Of a stretch of 64,000 nt of DNA, positions 1 through 12,564 are shown one piece after another; the stretch's first letter is position 1; every line of letters starts with the position of its first letter. Below the pieces are notes generated by a model. It made no database searches. It was not told the origin of the DNA and was given only the letters and a program-made list of their open reading frames with translations. The DNA lies in contig NC_091997.1 in the NCBI RefSeq assembly GCF_044704955.1, positions 85,746,001 to 85,810,000 on the forward strand, read 5' to 3'. The translations under genes were made by a program, and so were the position numbers. The stretch comes from Pristiophorus japonicus. Its lineage: Eukaryota.

Positions 1-84
1 TATCATCCTTGTAAATCTTCTCTGAACCCTCTCCAGTGCTTCCATATCCTTTTTATAATATGGCGACCAGAACTGTACGCAGAA

Positions 85-642
85 CAGGTGCAGCGCCTAA
101 GACCCGAAACTCTCGGGACCGAGGCCATTCCGGATTCTGGGTTTTTCTGGACTTTCAATTTGCTTTCTGACATCACGAATCCGGAAACACCCACGCCCAG
201 GTTTGAGTATTTCCGGATTTCGGAACATCTGAAAGGGGGGCGGGGGGGGTGCGGCGGGGATGGATTCCCACCAAGAAGCTGTTCGGGCCGCCTGGCCCCA
301 CTGCCAAGGATGTTGTCGGGCGGGGCTCTGCCGGAAGGTTGTTGTCGGGTGGTCCCCGCCGAGGATGATATCGTCAGATGAGCCCCGCCGAGGAGATCAT
401 CATCGGGTAGGTTGGCGAGGAGACCCCGAGGTAAGGGCAGCGACGTTGAGGTGAGCGGGGCTGGGTGAGCTGTAGCGAGGCCCAAGGTTGGGCAGCAACG
501 GGGCCCCGAGGTGGGCAGGGTCATCGAGTCCAAATTTCCGGAACATTTTACGGATTCTGGACAACCCTACCACCAATCGTCCTGGAGTCTGGATTCCGGA
601 ACATTCCGGATTCTGGACTCCGGATTCTCAATGCTGCACCTG
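85..642. mobile_element. Non-autonomous DNA transposon (MITE, probably Tc1/mariner-pogo type) inserted in an old CR1 fragment; copy at 53719-54276
   Basis: Terminal inverted repeats CAGGTGCAGC (85-94) and GCTGCACCTG (633-642), TA on the right flank (AA on the left), many TCCGGA subterminal motifs. Confidence 0.65.
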
Positions 643-1443
643 TACTCTAAGGCCCTGGAATTGGTGGAAGCTAAGTTCTGCCCAAAGGACCGCTGAGATC
701 CTGACGGTACTTTGGCCGGAAGTTTCATGGAAAAATCTTGGAAAGACCGCCCGGCGGCAAAAATGGGACTTACGCCCTGAATCTGGGCGGCAGCGGGAGG
801 TAGTTCCCATTCTCGGCGGCAAATGCAATCCTCAGCTAAGTACGAGGGCGGAACTGATAAAATTAAACATTTTCACAAAATTAAAAAAACACTAGAAATC
901 CTTCAGCGGACCCCATCCACCCGAATCCCTGCAAAAGAAATAAAGAAAAGAACTGCACTTACCTTTTATTGCAGGTCTTCATACTTACCGTTGAGGTTAG
1001 ACCTGCCTTCACGCGGCGGGCTTGTCCCCTGCTGGAGCGGAGGACCGCCCGGACCAAACTGTCAGCATTTACAATCATTCTCTCTGAAACTGACCCGAAC
1101 TTCAGGATGTCGCGCATCTAAACGCGGAAATCCTGACGTTGCGGTCAGTCATTCAACACTCTGACACAGGCGACGCTGTGGATCCCCTACCACCGACCCC
1201 ACCCCGTATTGCCGGCAATCAGTGAAATCAGTGCAGCTTTCCCACGCTAATTTTGCTGTTAAACACTCCATGAAATGTTAAGCCTTGTTAGATTAAGTGT
1301 AACTGGGGTTTTGACCAACAGTGTATTGACTGCAAAAAAAAAATCACGATTCCTTAATTTCCTGTGAGAGGCTTTGTTTCACGTTGACTGTTTAATGAGC
1401 TTTCCTGTCTCTATCTCTATCCCATTCTGCCCTTTCCCCGCAG

Positions 1444-4175
1444 GATCCACTTATCTCTTCTTCCGAGGACCAGGAGATGTCACCACTCTGCAATGCAACG
1501 TGCCCACCGGTGCTGGGAATAATGTAACCTTGTGCAGCTCCAGTGATGCCGGGTCAGGAATGGGTGAAATAAAATGTCAGCACCCAAAGAACGAGAAGCC
1601 ATGTGATGAAAATATCGGTCCTCAGGGAAGAAAAGGATACAGTGAGCCAGAGTGTACAAAATGCAAATTACATGACGACCAAACAGAGTCTCTGACATTC
1701 GCTGTGAAGACGATTAACTCGATGGTGTTTACCTTCATGGCTCAGGATTCCACAGAAGGAGGGGCATTGGAGTGTCCGTCCTGGCTCACACTGTCACAGT
1801 CGGGATGTGAAAACCACGACTTGTTCTTTGTGATAACCCAGGATGGTAGGTGCACTGGGGCAATATCGCGGGAGGGAACGGGGCAGAATCGGGGGAGGGA
1901 TCGAGGAAGATATTCGGGAAGTATCGGGGGAGTGATCGGCAAGGTATTGCGAGAACATATAATGTAAGGTATTAGGTGAGACATTAGGGGAGATTTTTGG
2001 AGGCGTTGGGGAGATACTGGAGGAGGTTTTAGTGCGGATAGCTGTCATTGGGAAAATGTTAGAGCCTTTATTAAGATGAAAATACCGCGTATGCAGATAA
2101 AGAGTAAATAGTGAGAAGTAGCTAGCACGGGTTTCAAACTGTCCAGGAGGTAACAGACATGGTAAGTGGGGGAATGCAGTGGATGTAGTGTACATGACCT
2201 AGTGTATAAGACCTAGCTCTGCCAAGCCAGTGTGGCGGTTGGTGTGCAACCGCCAGCACACATTAAAACAATCGACGCACTGGAATCTTCCATCCTTCAC
2301 AGTGTAGTTCGGACCTGCAATATTAGGTCCTTCATTGAAACACCCGTGAACTTTTTGACGTGGAAGCAAGTCATCCTCGATTGGAGGGACTGCCTATGAT
2401 GATGAGTGTACATGGTCTTTAGGAAATTCTTTGATAAAGTACCACACTAGAGATTATTATATTAACAAATATTATTTTCAATCTTGTTTATATTTTCAGC
2501 TAATATATCTTCTATTGAAGAAAACTCCTTGTCGCTGACAGTGTCAGAGGGAGAGAATGTGACTTTACCCTGCCAGTTTCAGAATAGAAAACTACTCGCC
2601 TTCAATCTGTTTTGGTTCAGATCTGGAAACGTCAATAAGTGTCTGCACTCTGTTTCCATTGACTCTCAGGGGCCATATTCTAACCCACTCTGTTGTGTGG
2701 ATAGAGAGTCGTCACAAATAATCTCTAACCAAAGCTCACACAATCCTTTGGTTAGCCGCCAGTCTCACAACCTTACTATTCACTCAGCGGGCCTGGTGGA
2801 CACTGGGAGGTATCTCTGTGCTGTACACAGTCAGGATTCAGGGAAATCTGTCTGGAAGATTGCAGCAAACATCTCCCTTGTGACGGAGCCCAGTGCAGAA
2901 ATTTCAGACTCTGCCACCTCAAACTCCTCAGAGACCAGCAACATAACTTATACAAATACTCAAAGTAAGTGATGCAATCTAGAACATGATGTGAACATTT
3001 AATATCAATAATTCAAGCTGTGAGATTCCAGGTCCATTGTCCAGTTTGTACCCTTTAGAAGTTGCTTCGATTTTCTTCCTTTGCCATTGCACTATTCTAG
3101 ATTGTAACCAGAAAAGTATGTTCCTCAGCCCAGGTAAACAGTGTAATGAGCAGCGGGAAATCTTCAGACACTCCCACCTCAACATTTGGAATATCTTTAG
3201 TGACCAGCAGCATAACTCATAGTAAGTGATACAATCCAGAATATGATGTGAACCATTTAATATCAATAATTCAATATAAATAATATAAATAATTCTTTCA
3301 GGCAATGTCCCATATGTGAGATTCCAAATCAATTGTCTGGTTTTGTACCCATTAGACGTTGGTTCGATTTTCTTCCTTCGCAATTGCACTTTTCCAGATT
3401 GTAACCGGAAAAGTATCTTCCTCGGCCCAGGTAACCAGTGTGATCAGCTGTACATATAAGACGGCATTGCACAAACTGAACTTAATGTTGCTTCTCCTCT
3501 GCATTTCCAGACCCTGCCATCACTGTGAACGTAGCCATAGTGTGTCTGATTGTACTCATTTGCATTGTTGGGATAGTTTGCATTATTGGGGTAGTTTGCC
3601 GAAGGAAACGACAATCTGCCAAAGGTAAAGGTAAGCAAGAGCGTTAAAATGTTTGATCTAAATCTATAAAATTGTAAGAGCAGATTCCTTACATAGATTC
3701 TTACATTTATCTTTCCCATCTTACGGCATGTGTTGTGAAGGATCCTCAGCACCAGGACCCAGGTAGGGATGGGATTTGATCAGTATTTCGGCAGACTTTC
3801 TGTATAATTTTGCTCATTTAATGGAACATTTACAGGTTACTTTTCTTTGCTAACTGTAGGGCCGGTGATGTGCAGCTGACACAAGTGGCTGAATGTAAGT
3901 GACTAGAATTGCTGGCCAACTCTTCCGATCCTGGCCCTTTGAGAGTTGAAACTAAAAGCATGGTGTTCCCGCCCTTCTGTCCAGGTTTCCCGTACTCTGT
4001 GGTTCCCAGGAAGGATCAGAGCGATGACAACGAGCCTGTTGCGTATTCGGTGACAAGAGTTCCAACGCCGTCGAGCCAGCCAAGGCCTGGTGAAGGAATG
4101 GAGAGCACTGGCCCAAACATTGACTCTACAGAGCATGTGTACTGTTTGATCGAGGAGTCAATGGTCAAAGGGTAA
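1444..4175 (+). CDS. Copy A (leader exon outside window; terminal exons deleted). Exons 1444-1845, 2500-2964, 3101-3133 and/or 3398-3430, 3511-3630, 3741-3762, 3860-3894, 3985-4171 (read-through stop ends 4175)
   Basis: Same exon set, phases and splice sites as copy B; ORFs 1374-1967, 2484-2972 and 3909-4175 contain the D1, D2 and tail exons. Confidence 0.8.
2197..2404 (+). mobile_element. Short retroposon (SINE-like, RTE-type ends) in the D1-D2 intron of copies A and C only
   Basis: 10-bp TSD AGTGTACATG (2187-2196, 2405-2414), (ATG)n tail; empty site in copy B near 27714-27723. Confidence 0.75.
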
Positions 4176-4795
4176 GCAGAGTGACAGCTGTCACCCCTCG
4201 GCTACGGTCAACACTGACCACAACTTTGTTTTAGGATGGAGGGTTAGAAGATTGTTAATGTAATGAAGGTGAGGGGAGCCCATGCTGGCAAATGGGTTAC
4301 TTTTCAACTTTGGCCACACAGTATCACTTGGAGCACTCCAGATTAGGCACAGCGTAAAACTCCCTCTGGACTGTCCCAACAATGTTCCTCAACTCCAAGG
4401 TCAGGAGAGAGGTCAGACATCTTCACTTCTCACACCTCATGTCCTGTTTGAGTGGAAGGGCCAATTTAGAGGTAGTTTTGTACTGTGGCTCACATGAGCT
4501 GCAAACTGGATCGAGAGGACCAAATTAATATCATCAAGGACCCTGAGAGAAAATGTGAGAGAAAGAAAGAGACAGAGAAAGACAGAGACAGAGACAGACA
4601 GTGATAGATTCAGACAGAGACTGACCTGATATTGGAATAAAGGAGCACTATCAGAAAAACATCACTGTGCCCTTATGAAGTTATCTTTTTTTTTAAACTC
4701 TCTCAGAACAATATTTTGGCATATGTGACCATAATGATCAATTTCGTCCAAATATTTTACTGAATGATTGGTAGTTTTAGGCAAGGAATTGGATT

Positions 4796-7210
4796 AGAAA
4801 CATAGAAACATAGAAAATAGGTGCAGGAGCAGGCCATTCAGCCCTTCTAGCCTGCACCGCCATTCAATGAGTTCATGGCTGAACATGAAACTTCAGTACC
4901 CCCTTCCTGCTTTCTCGCCATAACCCTTGATCCCCCGAGTAGTAAGGACTTCATCTAACTCCCTTTTGAATATATTAAGTGAATTGGCCTCAACTACTTT
5001 CTGTGGTAGAGAATTCCACAGGTTCACCACTCTCTGAGTGAAGAAGTTTCTCCTCATCTCGGTCCTAAATGGCTTACCCCTTATCCTCAGACTGTGACCC
5101 CTGGTTCTGGACTTCCCCAACATTGGGAACATTCTTCCTGCATCTAACCTGTCTAAACCCGTCAGAATTTTAAACGTTTCCATGAGGTCCCCTCTCATTC
5201 TTCTGAACTCCAGTGAATACAAGCCCAGTTGATCCAGTCTTTCTTGATAGGTCAGTCCCGCCATCCCGGGAATCAGTCTGGTGAATCTTCGCTGCACTCC
5301 CTCAATAGCAAGAATGTCCTTCCTCAGGTTAAGAGACCAAAACTGTACACAATACTCCAGGTGTGGCCTCACCAAGGCTCTGTACAACTGTAGCAACACC
5401 TCCCTGCCCCTGTATTCAAATCCCCTCGCTATGAAAGGCCAACATTCCATTTGCTTTCTTAACCGCCTGCTGTACCTGCATGCCAACCTTCAATGACTGA
5501 TGTACCATGACACCCAGGTCTCGTTGCACCTTCCCTTTTCCGAATCTGTCACCATTCAGATAATAGTCTGTCTCTCTGTTTTTACCACCAAAGTGGATAA
5601 CCTCACATTTATCCACATTATACTTCATCTGCCATGCATTTGCCCACTCACCTAACCTATCCAAGTCACTCTGCAGCCTAATAGCATCCTCCTCGCAGCT
5701 CACACTGCCACCCAACTTAGTGTCATCCGCAAATTTGGAGATACTGCATTTAATCCCCTCGTCTAAATCATTAATGTACAATGTAAACAGCTGGGGCCCC
5801 AGCACAGAACCTTGCGGCACCCCACTAGTCACTGCCTGCCATTCTGAAAAGTACCCGTTTACTCCTACTCTTTGCTTCCTGTCTGACAACCAGTTCTCAA
5901 TCCACGTCAGCACACTACCCCCAATCCCATGTGCTTTAACTTTGCACATTAATCTCTTGTGTGGGACCTTGTTGAAAGCCTTCTGAAAGTCCAAATATAC
6001 CACATCAACTGGTTCTCCTTTGTCCACTTTACTGGAAACATCCTCAAAAAATTCCAGAAGATTTGTCAAGCATGATTTCCCTTTCACAAATCCATGCTGA
6101 CTTGGACCTATCATGTCACCATTTTCCAGATGCACTGCTATGACATCCTTAATAATTGATTCCATCATTTTACCCACAACTGAGGTCAGGCTGACCGGTC
6201 TATAATTCCCTGTTTTCTCTCTCCCTCCTTTTTTAAAAAGTGGGGTTACATTGGCTACCCTCCACTCCATAGGAACTGATCCAGAGTCAATGGAATGTTG
6301 GAAAATGACTGTCAATGCATCCGCTATTTCCAAGGCCACCTCCTTAAGTACTCTGGGATGCAGTCCATCAGGCCCTGGGGATTTATCGGCCTTCAATTCC
6401 ATCAATTTCCCCAACACAATTTCCCGACTAATAAAGATTTCCCTCAGTTCCCCCTCCTTACTAGACCCTCTGACCCCTTTTATATCCGGAAGGTTGTTTG
6501 TATCCTCCTTAGTGAATACCGAACCAAAGTACTTGTTCAATTGGTCTGCCATTTCTTTGTTCCCCGTTATGACTTCCCCTGATTCTGACTGCAGGGGACC
6601 TACGTTTGTCTTTACTAACCTTTTTCTCTTTACATACCTATAGAAACTTTTGCAATCCGCCTTAATGTTCCCTGCAAGCTTCTTCTCGTACTCCATTTTC
6701 CCTGCCCTAATCAAACCCTTTGTCCTCCTCTGCTGAGTTCTAAATTTCTCCCAGTCTCCGGGTTCGCTGCTATTTCTGACCAATTTGTATGCCACTTCCT
6801 TGGCTTTAATACTATCCCTGATTTCCCTAGATAGCCACGGTTGAGCCACCTTCCCTTTTTTATTTTTACGCCAGACAGGAATGTACAATTGTTGTAATTC
6901 ATCCATGCGGTCTCTAAATGTCTGCTATTGCCCATCCACAGTCAACCCCCTAAGTATCATTCGCCAATCTATCCTAGCCAATTCACGCCTCATACCTTCA
7001 AAGTTACCCTTCTTTAATTTCTGGACCATGGTCTCTGAATTAACTGTTTCATTCTCCATCCTAATGCAGAATTCCACCATATTATGGTCACTCTTCCCCA
7101 AGGGGCCTCGCACAATGAGATTGCTAATTAATCCTCTCTCATTACACAACACCCAGTCTAAGATGGCCTCCCCCCTAGTTGGTTCCTCGACATATTGGTC
7201 TAGAAAACCA
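4796..7210 (-). mobile_element. CR1-clade LINE, RT half of ORF2, cut by a deletion
   Basis: ORF 5416-6906 with [29 protein letters not shown]; (TTTCTATG)n 3' tail; frameshift near 5450. Confidence 0.95.
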
Positions 7211-10200
7211 CACGAGGCCCATGCTTGAGAGAAGGTCACTCTGTGACCAGTAACCTTTATTCACGAGCACTCAAGTGATGAAGGTGCGTGGAGCTTCCCC
7301 TTTTATACCTGAAAGTCCAAGTGAGGAGTGTCTCTCACAAGTTCACCACCTCGTGGTCATTGTTCTCACAGTGTACAACTAAGGTCAGTTTATACATGGG
7401 TTACAATGATGGTTGAATACATAACATCACCTCCCCCCCGAAAGTCTTATTGGGATCACAGGTTGAGTCTCTCTGGTGGTTTACGCTCCCTTGTAGAGTG
7501 CCTGAGTTGGGGCTCTGGTTGTTGGGCGCTGGCCTGAGTGTCTGCTGTTTGCGGTGCCTCAGGCCTGTCCGGACTGCCCACAGTGACTGGGCTCTCCTCC
7601 ACTTGGTTCCGGTGTTCGGTCACCTGTGGTGGAGTGAACTCTACATCGTGTTCTTCCTCTGCTACTTCTATGGGGTTGCTGAACCTCCTTTTTGTTTGAT
7701 CTACATGTTTGCGGCAGATTTGTCCATTGGTAAGTTTAACTATCAGAATCCTATTCCCCTCTTTGGCAATCACAATGCCTGTAAGCCATTTGGGCCCTGC
7801 AGCGTAGTTGAGGACAAAGACAGGGTCATGGACATCGATACCTAGCGCCCTCGCAGTCCTGTCATGGTAGTCACATTGTGACTGACGCCTGCTCTCGACA
7901 ATTTCTTTCATTGTGGGGTGTATAATGGATAACCTGGTTTTGAGCGTCCTTTTCATTAGCAGCTCTGCGGGTGGAACCCTTGTGAGCGAGTGTGGTCGGG
8001 ATCTGTAGGCAAACAGGAGGCGTGATAAGCGGCTTTGTAGGGAACTCCCTTGGATTCTGAGCATCCCCTGTTTGATTATCTGCACTGCTCATTACGCCTG
8101 GCCATTAGAGGCCGACTTGAACGGTGCCGTTCTGACATGGTTAATTCCATTGCCTGCCATGAAATCCTGGAATTCAGTACTTGTGAAGCACGGGCCATTG
8201 TCACTGACCAAGACATCTGGTAGACCATCGGTAGCGAACATTGCCCATAGACTTTCTACCGTGGCAGAGGATGTGCTTGAATTTAAAATGTCACACTTGA
8301 TCGATTTGGAGTAGGCGTCTACTACAACCAAAAACATTTTTCCCATGAAAAGAAATGCATAGTCCACATGGATGCGTGACCATGGCTTGGCAGGCCAGGA
8401 CAAGGGGCTAAGGGGGGCTTCCCTGGGCGCATTGCCCAGCTGGGCACACGTATTGCACCTGCGAACACAAAGTTCCAGGTCTGCATCTATCCCTGGCCAC
8501 CAAACGTGTGACCTTCACCAATTGCCTTCATCATGACAATGCCCGGGTGCTCATTGTGGAGTTCTCTGATGAACACATCTCTGCCCATCTGGGGCATGAC
8601 GACATGGCTTCCCCATAGTAGGCAATCGGCCTGAATCGAGAGTTCATCCCTGCGCCTGTGAAATGGTTTAAACTCCTCAGGGCATGCCCCGTACGTGGCT
8701 GCCCAGTTCCCATTCAGGACACATTTCTTGACGAAAGACAGTAGCGGGTCTCTATTTGTCCAGACCTTAATCTGACGGGCTGTCACTGGTGAGCCTTCAC
8801 TTTCGAAAGCTTCAACAGCCATGACCATCTCAGCAGCATGATCGGTAGCCCCCTCAGTAGTGGCTAGTGGGAGCCCGCTGAGTGCATCGGCACAGTTTTC
8901 AGTGCCCGTTCTGTGCCGAATTGTATAGTCATAGATGGCTAACGTGAGTGCCCACCTCTGTATGCGGGCCGATGCGTTTGCATTTATGGCCTTGTTGTCG
9001 GCCAAAAGGGACCTTAGGGGTTTGTGATCAGTCTCCAGCTCAAATTTCCTGCCAAACAGGTACTGGTGCATTTTCTTTACTGCGTATACACATGCAAGTG
9101 CCTCCTTTTCTACCATCCCGTAGCCCCTTTCTGCCTGGGACAGACTTCTGGAGGCATAAGCTACCGGCTGTAACTGACCCTTGGCATTAACATGCTGCAA
9201 CACACACCCGACCCCGTTGGACGACGCATCGCACGTTAAAACAAGTTTCTTACATGAGTCATATAGCGTTAACAGATTGTTGGAGCATAACAAATTGCGT
9301 GCTCTATCAAAAGCCCTTTCCTGGCTGTCCCCCCAGATCCATTCACGACCTTTGCATAGGAGCACATGTAGCGGCTCTAACCACGTGCTCAATTTGGGAA
9401 TAAAGTTACCAAAATAGTTCAGGAGCCCCAGGAACGAACGCAGCTCCGTCTTGTTACGGGATCTGGGTGCTCTCTGGATTGCTTCCGTCTTGGACGCAGT
9501 AGGTCTGATCCCATCTGCTGCTACTCTCATCCCCAGGAATTCTACCTCTGGAGCTAGGAAGACGCACTTCGCCTTTTTCAGTCGTAGCCCTACCCGGTCC
9601 AGTCAGTGTAGCACCTCCTCCAGGTTGCGGAGGTGTTCTTCAGTATCGCGACCCGTGATGAGGATGTCGTCTTGAAAAACCACGGTCCCTGGAATCGACT
9701 TGAGGAGCCTTTCCATATTTCGTTGATAGATCGCGGCGGCCAAACAAATCCCGAATGGTCATCTGCTGTACTCAAGCAACCCCTTGTGTGTCATGATGGT
9801 GGTCAGCTTCTTCGACTCACTCGCCAGCTCCTGGGTCATGTAAGCTGAGGTCAGGTCCAATTTTGAAAAAAGTTTGCCACTGGGTAGCGTCGCAAAGAGG
9901 TCCTCCGCTCTCGGTAGCGGCTACTGGTCTTGGAGTGACACCCGATTGATGGTGGCCTTGTAATCACCACATATCCTGAGCGACCCATCCGCCTTGAGCA
10001 CCGGCATAATCGGGCTCGCCCAGTCACTGAATTCGACTGGTGAGATGATGCCTTCCCTCAGCAGGCGGTCCAATTCGCCTTCTATCTTTTCCCGCATCAC
10101 GTACAGCATCGCTCTGGCCTTGTGGTGTACTGGCCTGGCATCCGGGTTTATGTGAATCACTAACTTGATCCCCATGAAAGTGCCAATGCCGGGTTGAAAT

Positions 10201-11907
10201 AATGAGTCAAATTTGTCCAGGACAAGTGAGAATGATACTCACTCCACAGAAGAAATTGCATTGACATCCCCCATTTCCAGTTAATGACAGCAAGCTAACT
10301 CCTCCCCAGTAGTGCGGGACTGTCCCTCGGGACAATCCAGAATGGCAACCTGTTCTCCGAATCTTTGTGGGTCACCCTAACTACCGTGGCACTGCCTAGC
10401 ACCGGAATTATCTCCTTTGTGTATGTCTGTAGCTGTGTGTCAATCGGCGATAATTTTGGCATCCTGGCCTTGGACGGCCACAACTTTTCGAACTGTTTGA
10501 TACTCATCAGGGACTGGCTGGCCCCTGTGTCTAGCTCCATTGATACTGGGATGCCATTGAGGAGCACGTTCATCATTATCGTGGAGTCCTGGTGTATGAA
10601 CTGTATATGTGCGCCACATGAACTCGCTGAGCTTCAGCTTCCAGCGATTTCCCCCAGTGTTCATTTGGCCTCGTAGGGCTTACATCGGGCCCGTCCTCCT
10701 CGTACATCAATCTGGCTGCAGGCTTCCTGCACATACGGGCCAAGTGACCGCTGACGTTGCAATTTCTGGCTGGGTGTGTGCCTCCACACCTCCAACATGA
10801 GCCGTTGTTGAAAACAAAAGGTCCATTACCAGTCCATCGTCTCTGACTGTGTCTGTAACTGTACTTAAGCACACCATTAACAGGTGTTGATGACCCCATT
10901 ACTGGCCGCATTGTCCCTTGCGATGGCGTGAATCGCCGTTCAGCTAGCCATTGTCTCTGATGAATTCCCCCTCTGGGTTCGACTACATGTTGGGGCATGT
11001 CCGATTGCCCTTGTCTGCCTGGAGAACTGTGTGCTGCTTTAACAATGTTGACTCCCTGTCCATTTGCTGCATTTGAGCCCAGATTTTTGTCAAACATCAT
11101 TCTGGTTTCTTCCTCCCCTGAGATAAAAGTCTGGGCCATCAAGGCCGCTGTTTCCAGGGTGAGGTCTTTGGTTTCAATCAGTTTCCTGAAAACCCCAGCG
11201 TGCCCGATGCACTCAATAAAAAAGTCTCGCAGCATCTCCACTCTGCATGTATCAGGGAACTTACATCGGCTCGCCAGTCGCCGGAGATCTGCCACAAAGT
11301 CTGGAACGCTTTGCCCTTCTCACCGCCGGTGCATGTAAAACCGGTGTCTCGCCATGTGCATGCTGCTCGCCAGTTGAAGGTGTTCCCCGATTAACTTACT
11401 GAGCTCTTCAAACGTCTTGTCCGCCGGCTTCTCTGGCGCTAGAAGATCCTTCATCAGGGAGTACGTCCTGGATCCACAAAAACCGTCAGGAGTTGAGCCC
11501 TGCGTTTGTCGGCCGATTCCTGTCCCAACCATTCCTTAGTGACGAAACTTTGCTGTAGTCTCTCAATAAAATCGTCCCAATCATCACCAACACATTACCT
11601 CTCGTCTGTGCTGCTAGTGGCCATGCTCACGTGGTTTAACTCCCAGTTTCCTGTCGCCAATGATACGTCCTTACTATACAGTATAAATGCACACGAGGAC
11701 CATGCTTGAGAGAAGGTCACTCTGTGACCAGTAACCTTTATTCACTAGCACTCAAGTGATGAAGGTGGGTGGAGCTTCCCCTTTTATACCTGAAAGTCCA
11801 GGTTAGGAGTGTCTCTCACAAGTTCACCACCTAGTGGTCATTGTTCTCACAGTGTACAACTTAGGTCAGTTTATACATGGATTACAAAGATGGTTGAATA
11901 TATGACA
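7209..11907 (-). mobile_element. Decayed Ty3/Gypsy LTR retrotransposon (family 1)
   Basis: LTRs 7209-7426 (clipped) and 11661-11907; PPT 7427-7439; PBS TGGCGAC beside the 5' LTR; gag CCHC-like, protease LDTGA, RT, RNase H (TCDAS, TDHKPL), integrase fragments with stops. Confidence 0.95.
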
Positions 11908-12225
11908 GAAACGAAGAAACTGGGAGAATGGAATGGAGCCTTTACAGGATGTGGGGTGGGAGGAGGTGTAGTCCAGGTAGCTGTGGGAGTCAGTGGGCTT
12001 ATTGTGAATGTTTGTCAATAGCCTATCTCCAGAAATGGAGACAGAGAAGTCAAGGAGGGTAAGGGAAGAGTCGGAGATGGACCATGTGAAGGTGAAGAAA
12101 GGGTAAAAATTGGATGCAAAGTAAATGACATTTTCTAGTTCAGGGAGAGAACAAGAAATAGCACCGGTACAGTCATCAATGTACCGGAAACAATGGTGAG
12201 GGAGGGGACCCGAGTACCCACAAAA
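11908..12225 (-). mobile_element. Penelope-like retroelement fragment flanking the Gypsy insertion
   Basis: Homologous to 44135-44450, which continues the fragment at 38920-39399 once the Gypsy is removed. Confidence 0.55.
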
Positions 12226-12564
12226 AGGAGTATTTTGTTTCCATGGAAACTAGAGCTTTCACTTATCTTACAGAACAAATGCTTCATGTATGGTGAGAGG
12301 CTGAGTGTAATTTTAGGCTAACTCGCCGGGGGCAGGAGAGTGGGGCGGGGGGTGGGGGGGCTCCTATGGTGTAATGCCATATTTACACCCTGCCCAAGAT
12401 TACTCTCCACAGATTTCAATGGAGGGTAAAATTGGGTGAGTTGTAAAACCATTGTAGCGCTCAATCCCATCACTTTCCCAGTGGGTGGGTTAATGTAAAG
12501 CCTCCTTCTATATTTCACTATTTTTCCTGCACTGGGTGTTGATCTAAGTGGGCAGTGGAATATG

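Larger units (their letters stand above)
1..7210. repeat. Segmental duplication, near-identical to 53635-60842
   Basis: Offset 53631-53634; ORF translations are identical or differ by single residues. Confidence 0.97.

Noticed and set aside
3-1164. Overlapping ORFs upstream of D1 as genes
   Set aside because: They lie in MITE and other repeat sequence within intron 1; identity with 53637-54798 reflects recent duplication, not conservation
2500-2964. Assignment to VISTA (VSIR), CD300/pIgR or NITR
   Set aside because: EGENVTLPC and WFRS...C loosely recall VISTA, but the extra D1, Cys spacing and Tyr-rich tail do not fit; the CD300-type WC-x-C pair is absent; no symbol is supportable without a search
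3359-3628. ORF-track translation over the TM region
   Set aside because: Wrong frame; the phase-1 frame from acceptor 3511 gives the hydrophobic helix and RRKR
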